Positions 47,460 to 59,401 of a stretch of 64,000 bases of DNA are shown here, piece by piece. How positions within the stretch are numbered: the first letter of the stretch is position 1; every line of letters starts with the position of its first letter. The DNA is from Cyanophora paradoxa CCMP329. Its lineage: Eukaryota > Plantae > Glaucophyta. Below the pieces are notes generated by a model, which did no database searches, was not told the origin of the DNA, and saw nothing but the letters and a program-made list of their open reading frames with translations. Where the stretch lies: NCBI GenBank assembly GCA_004431415.1, contig QPMI01000679.1, positions 62,001-126,000 of the forward strand. The letters are read 5' to 3'. The position numbers were made by a program, and so were the translations under genes.

Positions 47460-48249
47460 GATGGCCCCGGTCGCGGGCTCGGCGTGGAGGTCGTATATAT
47501 ATATGCATGGGGATCCGGAGGGATCGGAGGAGCAACTGCAAGCGCCGGCGAGCCTCGGAGCCCGGCAGCGCTTGCTCGATCGGCGTGGACGGATGGATAG
47601 AGGAGGCCTCGGGGGAGGGGCTCGAGGAGGGTCGGGCTCCAAGTCTGCAGGCTCGCTCGAGCTCGAGCTCGAGCTCGAGCTCGAGCTCGAGCTCGAGCCG
47701 GGCCGGCGGCCCGGCGGGGATATGTACATGTTCATGTGTGTAGCTATCCGGGTCCAGACTGGGTCGCCAGCTCCGGCCATGCCAGCCGGCCTGGCGGGCC
47801 GGGCCGGAGCGCGCGCGGGAGCGGCCCGGCGGGATCCGGAGCCCGAGCCGTTCATCATGAGCTGGAGGAGTCACAAGAAGGGGAAGGGGGGCCCCGATCG
47901 CGATCGCGAGGAGGATTGGCGGGCCCGGGGTCGGTTGTATGTGCACGGGATTGGAGCCGAAGGAAAGAAAGGGAAGAAAAGAAAAGGAATTCGAAGGAAA
48001 GAAGAAGGGAAAGCGCTGCAAGCTGGGCGCCGATGCTGCTGGATCGCTGGCGCTGGCGCCGGTTCAGCGAAGGGTCCAGCTGCGAACAGAGAGAGACTTC
48101 AGTATGAGCTTGAGCTTGAATAAGAAGAATTCTAAAAAGAATGGCGAGCTCAAGAACAGCAGGATGACGCACCACGTGCATGCAAAAGCGCCTTCTCGGA
48201 AGACGCGGGGCGAGGGGCGGAGATCTGAGGCCGAGAGGCCTGCTCGCGC

Positions 48250-51200
48250 TCAGCGGGCGGAGTTTGCACCTCCCGGCGCCGGCGCCGCGGCCGGGGCCGG
48301 CGCCGTGCCTGCACCCGCATGCATGTGGGGCTCGAGCTCGAGGCCAGGGATGTGATAAGCTGCAGCTGGCGGCGCGCGGCGCTTTCGGCGCGACGTCGAC
48401 CCCGCGGTACCAGCTGCAGATGCGCCCGCCGGGAGCTCAAGCGCGATGGGCGGCGGGTGTACATGCATATGTGAGCTCGAGGCTGCGGCGACGGGCGCGG
48501 CAGCGGCCGCGGCAGCGGCCGTGGGCGACCGCGACGTCGACTGCGGCTGCGGCTGCGGCCCGGAGCTCGGAGCTGGCTCCGCGTCCCGCGCCGGCGCCGG
48601 CGCCGCAGCGCTGCGGGCCGGGCTGCAGCTGGCGCTGGCGCCGGCGCTGGCCGTGGAGGAGGCGCCGCCGGGCTGCAGCTGGCCGGAGCCGTGCTCCGGA
48701 CCCGCCGGCGTTGACCCCGAGCTCGAGACCGGGCCGGGCTCGAGCTCGAGTTCGCCGTACGCGTCCGCCTCGGGCGCGGGGGCGACGGAGGTGGTGGCAA
48801 GCAGCGGCGGTGGCTCCGGCTCCTGCGTGAACGTTCGCAATGAGCGAATGCGATAAATGTGCAGAGAGCACATCTAGCTATAGCTATAGATATCGATCAG
48901 ATGGCTTTGCGCTGCCTGGCCATGGCCATGGGGCGCGCGCGCGCACCTGATCATGATCATGATCATGATCGATATCCGGCGGCATGCGAGGCTGGCCCTG
49001 GCGCCGGCCCAGCGTCTGGCCGCGACCGACGCCCTCGAGCTCGCGATCGCGATCGCCCGTGCACGTGCCGCGAGGGGGGCGCCGGCGCGCTGGCGCTGAG
49101 ATCGCGATCGGATCCGGATCGGGCTTCGAATTCGCGATTGCTGTCGGCTTCGAATCCGACCGATCGATATCGCGATCGACGTCCCGATCGCGACGTCCGC
49201 GCGAGTGCTGCTGCCGCGCCACCGGTACCGCCGCCGCCGAGGGCGGCGGTCGGCGCGGCGGCCCCGCGACGGCACCCGCGCCGTCACTGACTGCACCAAG
49301 CGGACGGGCTCTGGATCCGGGTCCGCCGGCGCCGGCGCCGCGGCATATGCACATGTGCACGCATGCACGGCCGGCGCCAAGCGAGCCTCTCGATCCATAG
49401 CCATGGCCAGCCGCACCTGCAAGTCGCGCGCGCCGATCGATAGTTAGCTATATAGCTATAGGTTAGGTTAATGAAACGTTAACGTTGCATTGGAGGCGAC
49501 GGGGCCCAAGGCTGCCGCGTGCGGCGCCGAGGCGCTGTGTGCTGCACCTGTCCGTGGCCCAAATGTAGATCCGGAGGGCTAGCCACCTGCACGCTGGGGC
49601 TGTAGCTGTAGCTAAAGCCAGAGCTCGAGCTGCAGCTGGTCGCGTGCGCGCTTGTCAGGACCATCGGGCTGCAGTAGCTGTAGCTGGAGCTCGAGCTGGG
49701 GAGGAAGAAGGAGGCAGAGGGGCCCGGGGCGCCGGCGGATCCGGAGATCTAGAGCCAACGTTAACGTTGGCGTTCACGTTGCAGAATTCGAACCCATGCT
49801 GCGCCGGACGCGTTTACGTTAGCGGGAAGCTTAAGTTTAAGCTTGTAATTATAATTGAGGCGAATCAGCTGAAGAATGGGCAGGGTCGGAGAAATGCACA
49901 ACGTTATAATTACGTTAACATGAACGTTCGTGCATGTGTCGCACCTGCAGTCGGCCTGCATGCGCAGGTGGGAAGGGAGGGCCTGCCGCGTTGAATCCAT
50001 GCACCATATGGCGAGTGGCGGCAGCGGCTGGGGCCGTGGGGAGCGGCCGCGGCCTCCACTGCAGGTGCTCGCGCACGCGGGCGCTGAGAGTCGACATCGA
50101 CGGCGCGACCGAGGTCGCCGGGGCTGGCGCCGGCGCCGGCCACGGCGCAGGCTGGGCGTGTACATATGCACACGTCCCGGCGGCCGCCCGACCTTGATCA
50201 TGATCATGATCATGAAGACGCAGCTGACCAAGAATGTGGAACCCAGCTGCATGCGCAGCTGCGGCCGCCCCCTCTCCTTCCGGGTCCACCCCCGCCGGAG
50301 CTTCCTGGATGCAGCTCGCGATCGTCGATGTCTCCGCTTTGGTGCCCTCCGAGTGCGAGAAGCTGGGGATCCCGTGTTCCTCCGCGGCGCCGGCTGCACG
50401 TGCACCCGTCCACGGCCAGCAGCTGCGGCTGCCCGCGGCCCCGGCCGCGCCCGCGGTACCGGTAACGAGTGTTCGCCGCAACGAGCTCGAGATAAGATGC
50501 AGATATTTAAATGTAAGCGCCGCGGACGCCGGCGGCCGCATGCTTAGATAATTATGTGCGCATGCGCACCTGCATCGCGATCGGCTCGAGGTAGAAGAAG
50601 CCCAGCGGTCCCTGCAGCTGCGCCTGCAGCCGCGCCTGCATTCGCGCGAGCTCGCCATGGCCATCGATCCCGATCGCGAGCGGCGTCGGCGCCAATGTCC
50701 CCTGCGGCGCGCCTCCGGATCCGGACGTCGATCCGGATCCCGCCACGGCCGCGGATTGCAATTGATCGTGGTCATCACCGCGTTCATGATCAGGAACTCC
50801 CCGCTGGTTCGACTCCGCATGCGGCGCAGCCTGCGTGTACGTATACGCGCGCGACGCCCGTCAGATTAAACTCGAGCTCGAATTTCACAACGTGCACCCG
50901 TGCATGCACGTTTAAGCTTAATATAAGGGACGATCGAACGCACCCCCGAGTTGTACACCTCGCGAGCGACGTCGCGATCGATATCGGGCGCGTACGTATA
51001 CGGGGCCTCGAGCTCGAGCTCGAGCTCGGGGAGCAGCTGCAGTCCATGGAGATCGAGAGAGCCCGACGTGTCCATTGCAATTGGCCAGCTGCAGGTATCC
51101 TCCGCGGTCGAATCCGGCGGCGGGAAGCTTGAAGCGCACGCGGCTCCGGTGCCGCGGCCGGCGCCCGCCGCGGCGCGGAGCTGATCATGAATTCGATGCT

Positions 51201-51826
51201 GCTTCATGTTCAGCGCCAGCTGCAGCTGCGGGTCCAGTTCGTCGCCGCCGAGATCGCGATCCCGACCGCCATCGATGTCCAGGCCCAAGTCGAGGTCGGG
51301 CTCGAGCTCTAGATTTAGATCCATGTCGACCTCCTGCAGCTGCCCCTGCGATCCGTACACGTAGGCCCCTTCGAATTCGAATTCCGCGTTGTCTCTGCGA
51401 GGTCCCGGGCCGGGCCGGGCGTTAGCTGCGGGCACGGACGAGCCTCGCGATCGAATGCGAATGTAAATGCGCCGATCGGGGATCTAGATCTAGATCTAGA
51501 GCGGAGGGCGGGGGCTCACTCAAGCTCCATCGGCCTGCCACGCTTGAGACTGGCCGCGCTGACGGGGGCCTGCGTGTGGCGATCGCGATCGTGGGAGATC
51601 CCGCGCGGCCGGACGTCGACTCCGGATCCGTCGCCAGCGCTAGCCGCACTTGCAGCCGCAAATGGAGCGAGCGTTTCGAAAGCGTCCGTAGGCGAGTCCG
51701 AAGGCGCTGCTGACGGTGCGCCATGCGCATTCCCGTGCTCTTCAATTTCTAAGGCTACACCCGCCGGGACCGCGGCCGGTAGAAAGGCAGGTGCCGGCCG
51801 GCGCCGGCGCCGGCAACAACGGCCGC

Positions 51827-51889
<63 letters not shown>

Positions 51890-53930
51890 AGTCCACGCGC
51901 CGAAGACTCGCGGCGCGAGCGGGCGCGGCCACTCTGCCCTTTCCCCGAATCCCGTGAGTTCATGGTGGTTTCCGATATCGATGGGATCCTTGGGTCGTCA
52001 ATCCGACTCGTTTGCTTGAACGCTGACCTGGTGCATGCAAAAAGCAGGTCAACGTTTACGTCAAGCGCCTGGCCATGGCGGGCTGCGCGCGTGGCTCGAG
52101 CTCACCGACCTCAAAAACATTCCATGATTATGATCCAGGTGTCCGGAATATGGCCCGACCATTAATATCCCTTCTGCCGACCGGAATTTCATGTCGGCTG
52201 GGAGAAGTGAACGCTAAGGTGATCATGATTGCACCTAGGCCTTTTTCTGCATACCTTTACTCGCGTATCCAAAGGCAGAAGTCGGCTGCGCGCGGCGCCA
52301 ATTGCAATTGCAATGTCGCGAGCTCCGCAGGCTGCAGCGAATTCGGATCTAAGATGCACAGGCGCCGAAAATGAAAGGGATTAATATTGAGGCGAATCAC
52401 GCACGGAGGTCGTGTTTGCTTCCTTGCTGGAGCCCGACTGGTCATGAACGATGGGCACCGATATCCATTGCCATGGTGCACGTGATGCGAGGAGTTGGCC
52501 ACTTGTGCAGATGGACCACGGCTGGGCGCGGCCTCAAGCTCCAGATCTCCTGATACCGTCGATCGCGATATCGCAACCGTGGCCATGACCGGCTATGAAT
52601 TCGGAGTGAATGCTGCACTGCTTCGAATCCACAAACTAATTATAAAGATGCTCGCGATCGGTCGGCCTGCAGCTGGCCATGGGCGCGCATATCTGGATAA
52701 ACGGGACGTCAATATATATACGTATATACGTGTGCCGCATGCGCAGCACTGCGCATGCGGATCCGGATACCTTGTGCATGGTAGATTCGAATTCAACAAT
52801 AACGGTTACCTTGAGACGACGTCGACCACGTGTACGTGCACAGCAGAGGCAGAGTCTAGTTCTCCCGCGCTGTGCACGTGGCAACGTCAACCGCAATCGT
52901 CGACGTCAGTCCTGCAGAGAGACGCGTGCACGTGCAGACACGATTGCAAAGAACGCGAACCTAGGCCTGTGGTCGCACACGATCTAGGCGCGGTAGGCCT
53001 ATAGCTAGAGGTCGCGATTGCAATCAGTTCTTGCAATTGATTAATTGCAAAGCGGAAGGCCCGTCCGCGCGGAGGCCAGGTGCACGGCGGATGCCGAATC
53101 CCACGGACTATATATGGCCAGCTGCAGTATACTCGTGAGTGCTGCACGACGTGGAACGATCCAACATGTAGCTGCAGGCGCTGCTAGCTATAGGCGTTGC
53201 GCTCCATTTTGCAATTTGCTAATTGCATTCGAAATTCTAGATCTTAGGCCGCAACCGAGACCGTCGGACGTGTCATGGCCTTTCAGTTCGAATATCAAGG
53301 ACTCCTAGGTCTAATGGTATACGTAACCATGAACTTCGGAAGGATCATGCAAGCTGCAGCTACAGCTGCAGCTGTGAGCTGGCGAGAAGCGGGCTGTACA
53401 TGTGACCGGCACTCCAGCTATAGATCTGCAGCTGGTACGGTTCCATACGCGCGGCGATTGCAAGACCGATGATCGATCGCGGGCAATTGCAATCGATATC
53501 GCGAGCCGAGCCGATCGCGACTAGGCGATTCCGAAGTTCCAACCGCAGCGACTGATCCTGCAGCTGACACCGACGTTGACCGACGCCGAGCTCAGCGGCT
53601 CGACTCTCTCGGAGAGCTCGTGGTCGGGCGCGACGCGCAACGCCGTACTACGTGCGCCTGCGTATACGTATACGTATATATACGCGTGGCGCTGCTGGCG
53701 CACTGCGGGAGCTTACCGTAGTACAGCTGGAAGAATTTTACTACTCAGTTAATATTAATTCCACTGTCCGTTCCCACAGTCGAGCTGGGCCACAGATCTA
53801 TAGCTAGCTGGCTCTGCAGACTCTGACTGAGATCATCATCAGCAGGCTGACAGCAGCAGATGTGCTGTAAACGGTAGACTCCCACAGGGGTAGCCCACCA
53901 AACTCGATTATTCACGCTGTTTTGCTTCAT
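48250..53930 (-). pseudogene. Decayed intron-containing gene (low-complexity, poly-Q) riddled with 6-bp palindromic insertions; duplicated at ~55762-61442
   Basis: Protein-like segments (VVKFFQLYY|GTAAG; QGPLGFFYLEP; EEHGIPSFSHSEGT; Q20) with splice-like ends, scattered stops and dipeptide runs; no family recognised. Confidence 0.45.
51828..51889. repeat. (CTG/CAG)20 microsatellite
   Basis: Read directly; encodes poly-Q on the minus strand. Confidence 0.95.
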
Positions 53931-55350
53931 AAATTCACGCGCAATTTTAATTTAAATCTCTACGTGAGATCGACATGCATATATATATACACGTGGTATA
54001 TATATGATGATGACAATTAATATTGATATATATTTGATCTGATCGATATATCGCGATCGATTAATTTGAATTTCGACAACCGGCCATGCAGCGCCCGGCG
54101 GCCGCGCGCGGGCCCGGCGGCCGGCCGAACGGCGACGGGCCGCGGCGACGGCGCCGGCGGCGCGGCAGTGCGGCGGCACTGCGGCATGTGCGGCGGGCCG
54201 CATCATGGGCCGATTCATGGCCCGCATGGCTTAAAATAGCCTTTCCTAACCCTAGGCCCTAGCTAGTAGCTAGTACTACGGTATAGAGTCCTATAGACGT
54301 TGCACTTGGCAAGTTCAATGGCAACTTGGCAATGCTACCTTGGTAGACGTCACGTCAGTGACGTCACTGAGTCAGCGTCACGTCACGGCGTTGTTGTACC
54401 GGTCGCTGCAGCTGACTCAGTGAGGCCGTTGCAATTGCCTCCATGGCCAACTCTCAAGAGTCCGCCGCGCCGGTCTAGATCTAGATCTCTGACGGCGACT
54501 CGTCGGCGAGGCCTACATTGTTATATAGGCTACATGGCTATATATATGATGATCGGATCGCTCATCATCATCCGAATGATCGGATGATCCTGGGCCTGCA
54601 TATTTATGCACATGCTACAGTGATATCGATCATGATCATGAACGGGCCCGGCCCGGCCGCGCGCGGGGTCAGATCTACTAGGCTAAATGGGGCCGCGCCG
54701 GCCGGGCCCATTGCCCACGCCAGCCTGGCAGGCCGGCGCCGGCCGCGCCGCGCGACCGCGTCGGACGTAAACGACCGTCAGAAGACTAGCTATAGCTAGT
54801 ACTAGTACCGTAGTAGTACTGCGGAGCCGGCTCGAATTTGCCTCGAAAACCTACGCGAATCTGACCGGCGATCGCTTGCGCAGGAGCTGCTTCAAGTTCG
54901 TCGCACCAGCCAACGCCAACGCCTGCAGTGCGTGCCCGCCTCCCGTAGCGCTGCGAGCTTGCTCGCATAGAGATTCTCTATTCAATTGGATCGCTAGATC
55001 TGCCCCGCGCATAGAGCCTTCTCATTGCTCGGCGATCGCTTTGTGTTCGGCGCCATACCCAGCGAGTCCGACCTCTAACAAAGAGCTGCTGGGCCGGCGA
55101 TCGCTTCTGGGTTCTCAGTTCTAACGGTCGCCGCGGGCTTGACGTCCACCGCCTTCTCATTGGCCAAGCGATCGCTGCTTTTCGGTGTCTTATGCCCGAC
55201 TGCGCAGCATGTCGACCCCAGGAGCACACTCTTTGGGGAGGAAGAGATGGAGTGGACCTCCAGCTCATCTCCCAACCCCCTTCTGGCGGGCCGCGCGGCG
55301 GGTGGTGGCCTCGTGGGCGGCCTCGGGGGCGGCTCCGGCCTTGAGCTTGT

Positions 55351-55533
55351 CCCCGCCCCTCCCCCTCCCCCGGGCCCCGCCCCTCCCCCGGCCCCGCCCC
55401 TCCCCCGGGCCCGTCCCTCCCCCGGGCCCGCCCCTCCCCCGGGCCCGTCCCTCCCCCGGCCCCGCCCTCCCCCGGGCCCGCCCCTCCCCCGGGCCCGCCC
55501 CTCCCCCGGCCCGCCCTCCCCCCGCCCCCCCCT
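55351..55533. repeat. C-rich ~17-bp minisatellite (G-quadruplex-prone on the minus strand) at the duplication junction
   Basis: Units like cccgcccctcccccggg repeat about 10 times immediately before copy 2 starts. Confidence 0.85.
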
Positions 55534-55534
55534 C

Positions 55535-58500
55535 CTGGGCGCCGATGCTGCTGGATCGCTGGCGCTGGCGCCGGTTCAGCGAAGGGTCCAGCTGCGAACA
55601 GAGAGAGACTTCAGTATGAGCTTGAGCTTGAATAAGAAGAATTCTAAAAAGAATGGCGAGCTCAAGAACAGCAGGATGACGCACCACGTGCATGCAAAAG
55701 CGCCTTCTCGGAAGACGCGGGGCGAGGGGCGGAGATCTGAGGCCGAGAGGCCTGCTCGCGCTCAGCGGGCGGAGTTTGCACCTCCCGGCGCCGGCGCCGC
55801 GGCCGGGGCCGGCGCCGTGCCTGCACCCGCATGCATGTGGGGCTCGAGCTCGAGGCCAGGGATGTGATAAGCTGCAGCTGGCGGCGCGCGGCGCTTTCGG
55901 CGCGACGTCGACCCCGCGGTACCAGCTGCAGATGCGCCCGCCGGGAGCTCAAGCGCGATGGGCGGCGGGTGTACATGCATATGTGAGCTCGAGGCTGCGG
56001 CGACGGGCGCGGCAGCGGCCGCGGCAGCGGCCGTGGGCGACCGCGACGTCGACTGCGGCTGCGGCTGCGGCCCGGAGCTCGGAGCTGGCTCCGCGTCCCG
56101 CGCCGGCGCCGGCGCCGCAGCGCTGCGGGCCGGGCTGCAGCTGGCGCTGGCGCCGGCGCTGGCCGTGGAGGAGGCGCCGCCGGGCTGCAGCTGGCCGGAG
56201 CCGTGCTCCGGACCCGCCGGCGTTGACCCCGAGCTCGAGACCGGGCCGGGCTCGAGCTCGAGTTCGCCGTACGCGTCCGCCTCGGGCGCGGGGGCGACGG
56301 AGGTGGTGGCAAGCAGCGGCGGTGGCTCCGGCTCCTGCGTGAACGTTCGCAATGAGCGAATGCGATAAATGTGCAGAGAGCACATCTAGCTATAGCTATA
56401 GATATCGATCAGATGGCTTTGCGCTGCCTGGCCATGGCCATGGGCGCGCGCGCGCACCTGATCATGATCATGATCATGATCGATATCCGGCGGCATGCGA
56501 GGCTGGCCCTGGCGCCGGCCCAGCGTCTGGCCGCGACCGACGCCCTCGAGCTCGCGATCGCGATCGCCCGTGCACGTGCCGCGAGGGGGGCGCCGGCGCG
56601 CTGGCGCTGAGATCGCGATCGGATCCGGATCGGGCTTCGAATTCGCGATTGCTGTCGGCTTCGAATCCGACCGATCGATATCGCGATCGACGTCCCGATC
56701 GCGACGTCCGCGCGAGTGCTGCTGCCGCGCCACCGGTACCGCCGCCGCCGAGGGCGGCGGTCGGCGCGGGCGGCCCCGCGACGGCACCCGCGCCGTCACT
56801 GACTGCACCAAGCGGACGGGCTCTGGATCCGGGTCCGCCGGCGCCGGCGCCGCGGCATATGCACATGTGCACGCATGCACGGCCGGCGCCAAGCGAGCCT
56901 CTCGATCCATAGCCATGGCCAGCCGCACCTGCAAGTCGCGCGCGCCGATCGATAGTTAGCTATATAGCTATAGGTTAGGTTAATGAAACGTTAACGTTGC
57001 ATTGGAGGCGACGGGGCCCAAGGCTGCCGCGTGCGGCGCCGAGGCGCTGTGTGCTGCACCTGTCCGTGGCCCAAATGTAGATCCGGAGGGCTAGCCACCT
57101 GCACGCTGGGGCTGTAGCTGTAGCTAAAGCCAGAGCTCGAGCTGCAGCTGGTCGCGTGCGCGCTTGTCAGGACCATCGGGCTGCAGTAGCTGTAGCTGGA
57201 GCTCGAGCTGGGGGAGGAAGAAGGAGGCAGAGGGGCCCGGGGCGCCGGCGGATCCGGAGATCTAGAGCCAACGTTAACGTTGGCGTTCACGTTGCAGAAT
57301 TCGAACCCATGCTGCGCCGGACGCGTTTACGTTAGCGGGAAGCTTAAGTTTAAGCTTGTAATTATAATTGAGGCGAATCAGCTGAAGAATGGGCAGGGTC
57401 GGAGAAATGCACAACGTTATAATTACGTTAACATGAACGTTCGTGCATGTGTCGCACCTGCAGTCGGCCTGCATGCGCAGGTGGGAAGGGAGGGCCTGCC
57501 GCGTTGAATCCATGCACCATATGGCGAGTGGCGGCAGCGGCTGGGGCCGTGGGGAGCGGCCGCGGCCTCCACTGCAGGTGCTCGCGCACGCGGGCGCTGA
57601 GAGTCGACATCGACGGCGCGACCGAGGTCGCCGGGGCTGGCGCCGGCGCCGGCCACGGCGCAGGCTGGGCGTGTACATATGCACACGTCCCGGCGGCCGC
57701 CCGACCTTGATCATGATCATGATCATGAAGACGCAGCTGACCAAGAATGTGGAACCCAGCTGCATGCGCAGCTGCGGCCGCCCCCTCTCCTTCCGGGTCC
57801 ACCCCCGCCGGAGCTTCCTGGATGCAGCTCGCGATCGTCGATGTCTCCGCTTTGGTGCCCTCCGAGTGCGAGAAGCTGGGGATCCCGTGTTCCTCCGCGG
57901 CGCCGGCTGCACGTGCACCCGTCCACGGCCAGCAGCTGCGGCTGCCCGCGGCCCCGGCCGCGCCCGCGGTACCGGTAACGAGTGTTCGCCGCAACGAGCT
58001 CGAGATAAGATGCAGATATTTAAATGTAAGCGCCGCGGACGCCGGCGGCCGCATGCTTAGATAATTATGTGCGCATGCGCACCTGCATCGCGATCGGCTC
58101 GAGGTAGAAGAAGCCCAGCGGTCCCTGCAGCTGCGCCTGCAGCCGCGCCTGCATTCGCGCGAGCTCGCCATGGCCATCGATCCCGATCGCGAGCGGCGTC
58201 GGCGCCAATGTCCCCTGCGGCGCGCCTCCGGATCCGGACGTCGATCCGGATCCCGCCACGGCCGCGGATTGCAATTGATCGTGGTCATCACCGCGTTCAT
58301 GATCAGGAACTCCCCGCTGGTTCGACTCCGCATGCGGCGCAGCCTGCGTGTACGTATACGCGCGCGACGCCCGTCAGATTAAACTCGAGCTCGAATTTCA
58401 CAACGTGCACCCGTGCATGCACGTTTAAGCTTAATATAAGGGACGATCGAACGCACCCCCGAGTTGTACACCTCGCGAGCGACGTCGCGATCGATATCGG

Positions 58501-59338
58501 GCGCGTACGTATACGGGGCCTCGAGCTCGAGCTCGAGCTCGGGGAGCAGCTGCAGTCCATGGAGATCGAGAGAGCCCGACGTGTCCATTGCAATTGGCCA
58601 GCTGCAGGTATCCTCCGCGGTCGAATCCGGCGGCGGGAAGCTTGAAGCGCACGCGGCTCCGGTGCCGCGGCCGGCGCCCGCCGCGGCGCGGAGCTGATCA
58701 TGAATTCGATGCTGCTTCATGTTCAGCGCCAGCTGCAGCTGCGGGTCCAGTTCGTCGCCGCCGAGATCGCGATCCCGACCGCCATCGATGTCCAGGCCCA
58801 AGTCGAGGTCGGGCTCGAGCTCTAGATTTAGATCCATGTCGACCTCCTGCAGCTGCCCCTGCGATCCGTACACGTAGGCCCCTTCGAATTCGAATTCCGC
58901 GTTGTCTCTGCGAGGTCCCGGGCCGGGCCGGGCGTTAGCTGCGGGCACGGACGAGCCTCGCGATCGAATGCGAATGTAAATGCGCCGATCGGGGATCTAG
59001 ATCTAGATCTAGAGCGGAGGGCGGGGGCTCACTCAAGCTCCATCGGCCTGCCACGCTTGAGACTGGCCGCGCTGACGGGGGCCTGCGTGTGGCGATCGCG
59101 ATCGTGGGAGATCCCGCGCGGCCGGACGTCGACTCCGGATCCGTCGCCAGCGCTAGCCGCACTTGCAGCCGCAAATGGAGCGAGCGTTTCGAAAGCGTCC
59201 GTAGGCGAGTCCGAAGGCGCTGCTGACGGTGCGCCATGCGCATTCCCGTGCTCTTCAATTTCTAAGGCTACACCCGCCGGACCGCGGCCGGTAGAAAGGC
59301 AGGTGCCGGCCGGCGCCGGCGCCGGCAACAACGGCCGC

Positions 59339-59401
<63 letters not shown>

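Larger units (their letters stand above)
48023..55177. repeat. Copy 1 of a ~7 kb near-identical direct duplication
   Basis: Matches 55535-62539 with offset 7512-7513 up to 54860. The visible differences are single-base homopolymer indels plus a ~153-bp segment (54861-55013) absent from copy 2. Confidence 0.95.

Noticed and set aside
54868-55176. GCGATCGC as cyanobacterial HIP1, implying plastid or cyanobacterial DNA transfer
   Set aside because: No bacterial-type genes are nearby; the local iteration and palindrome-rich background explain it.
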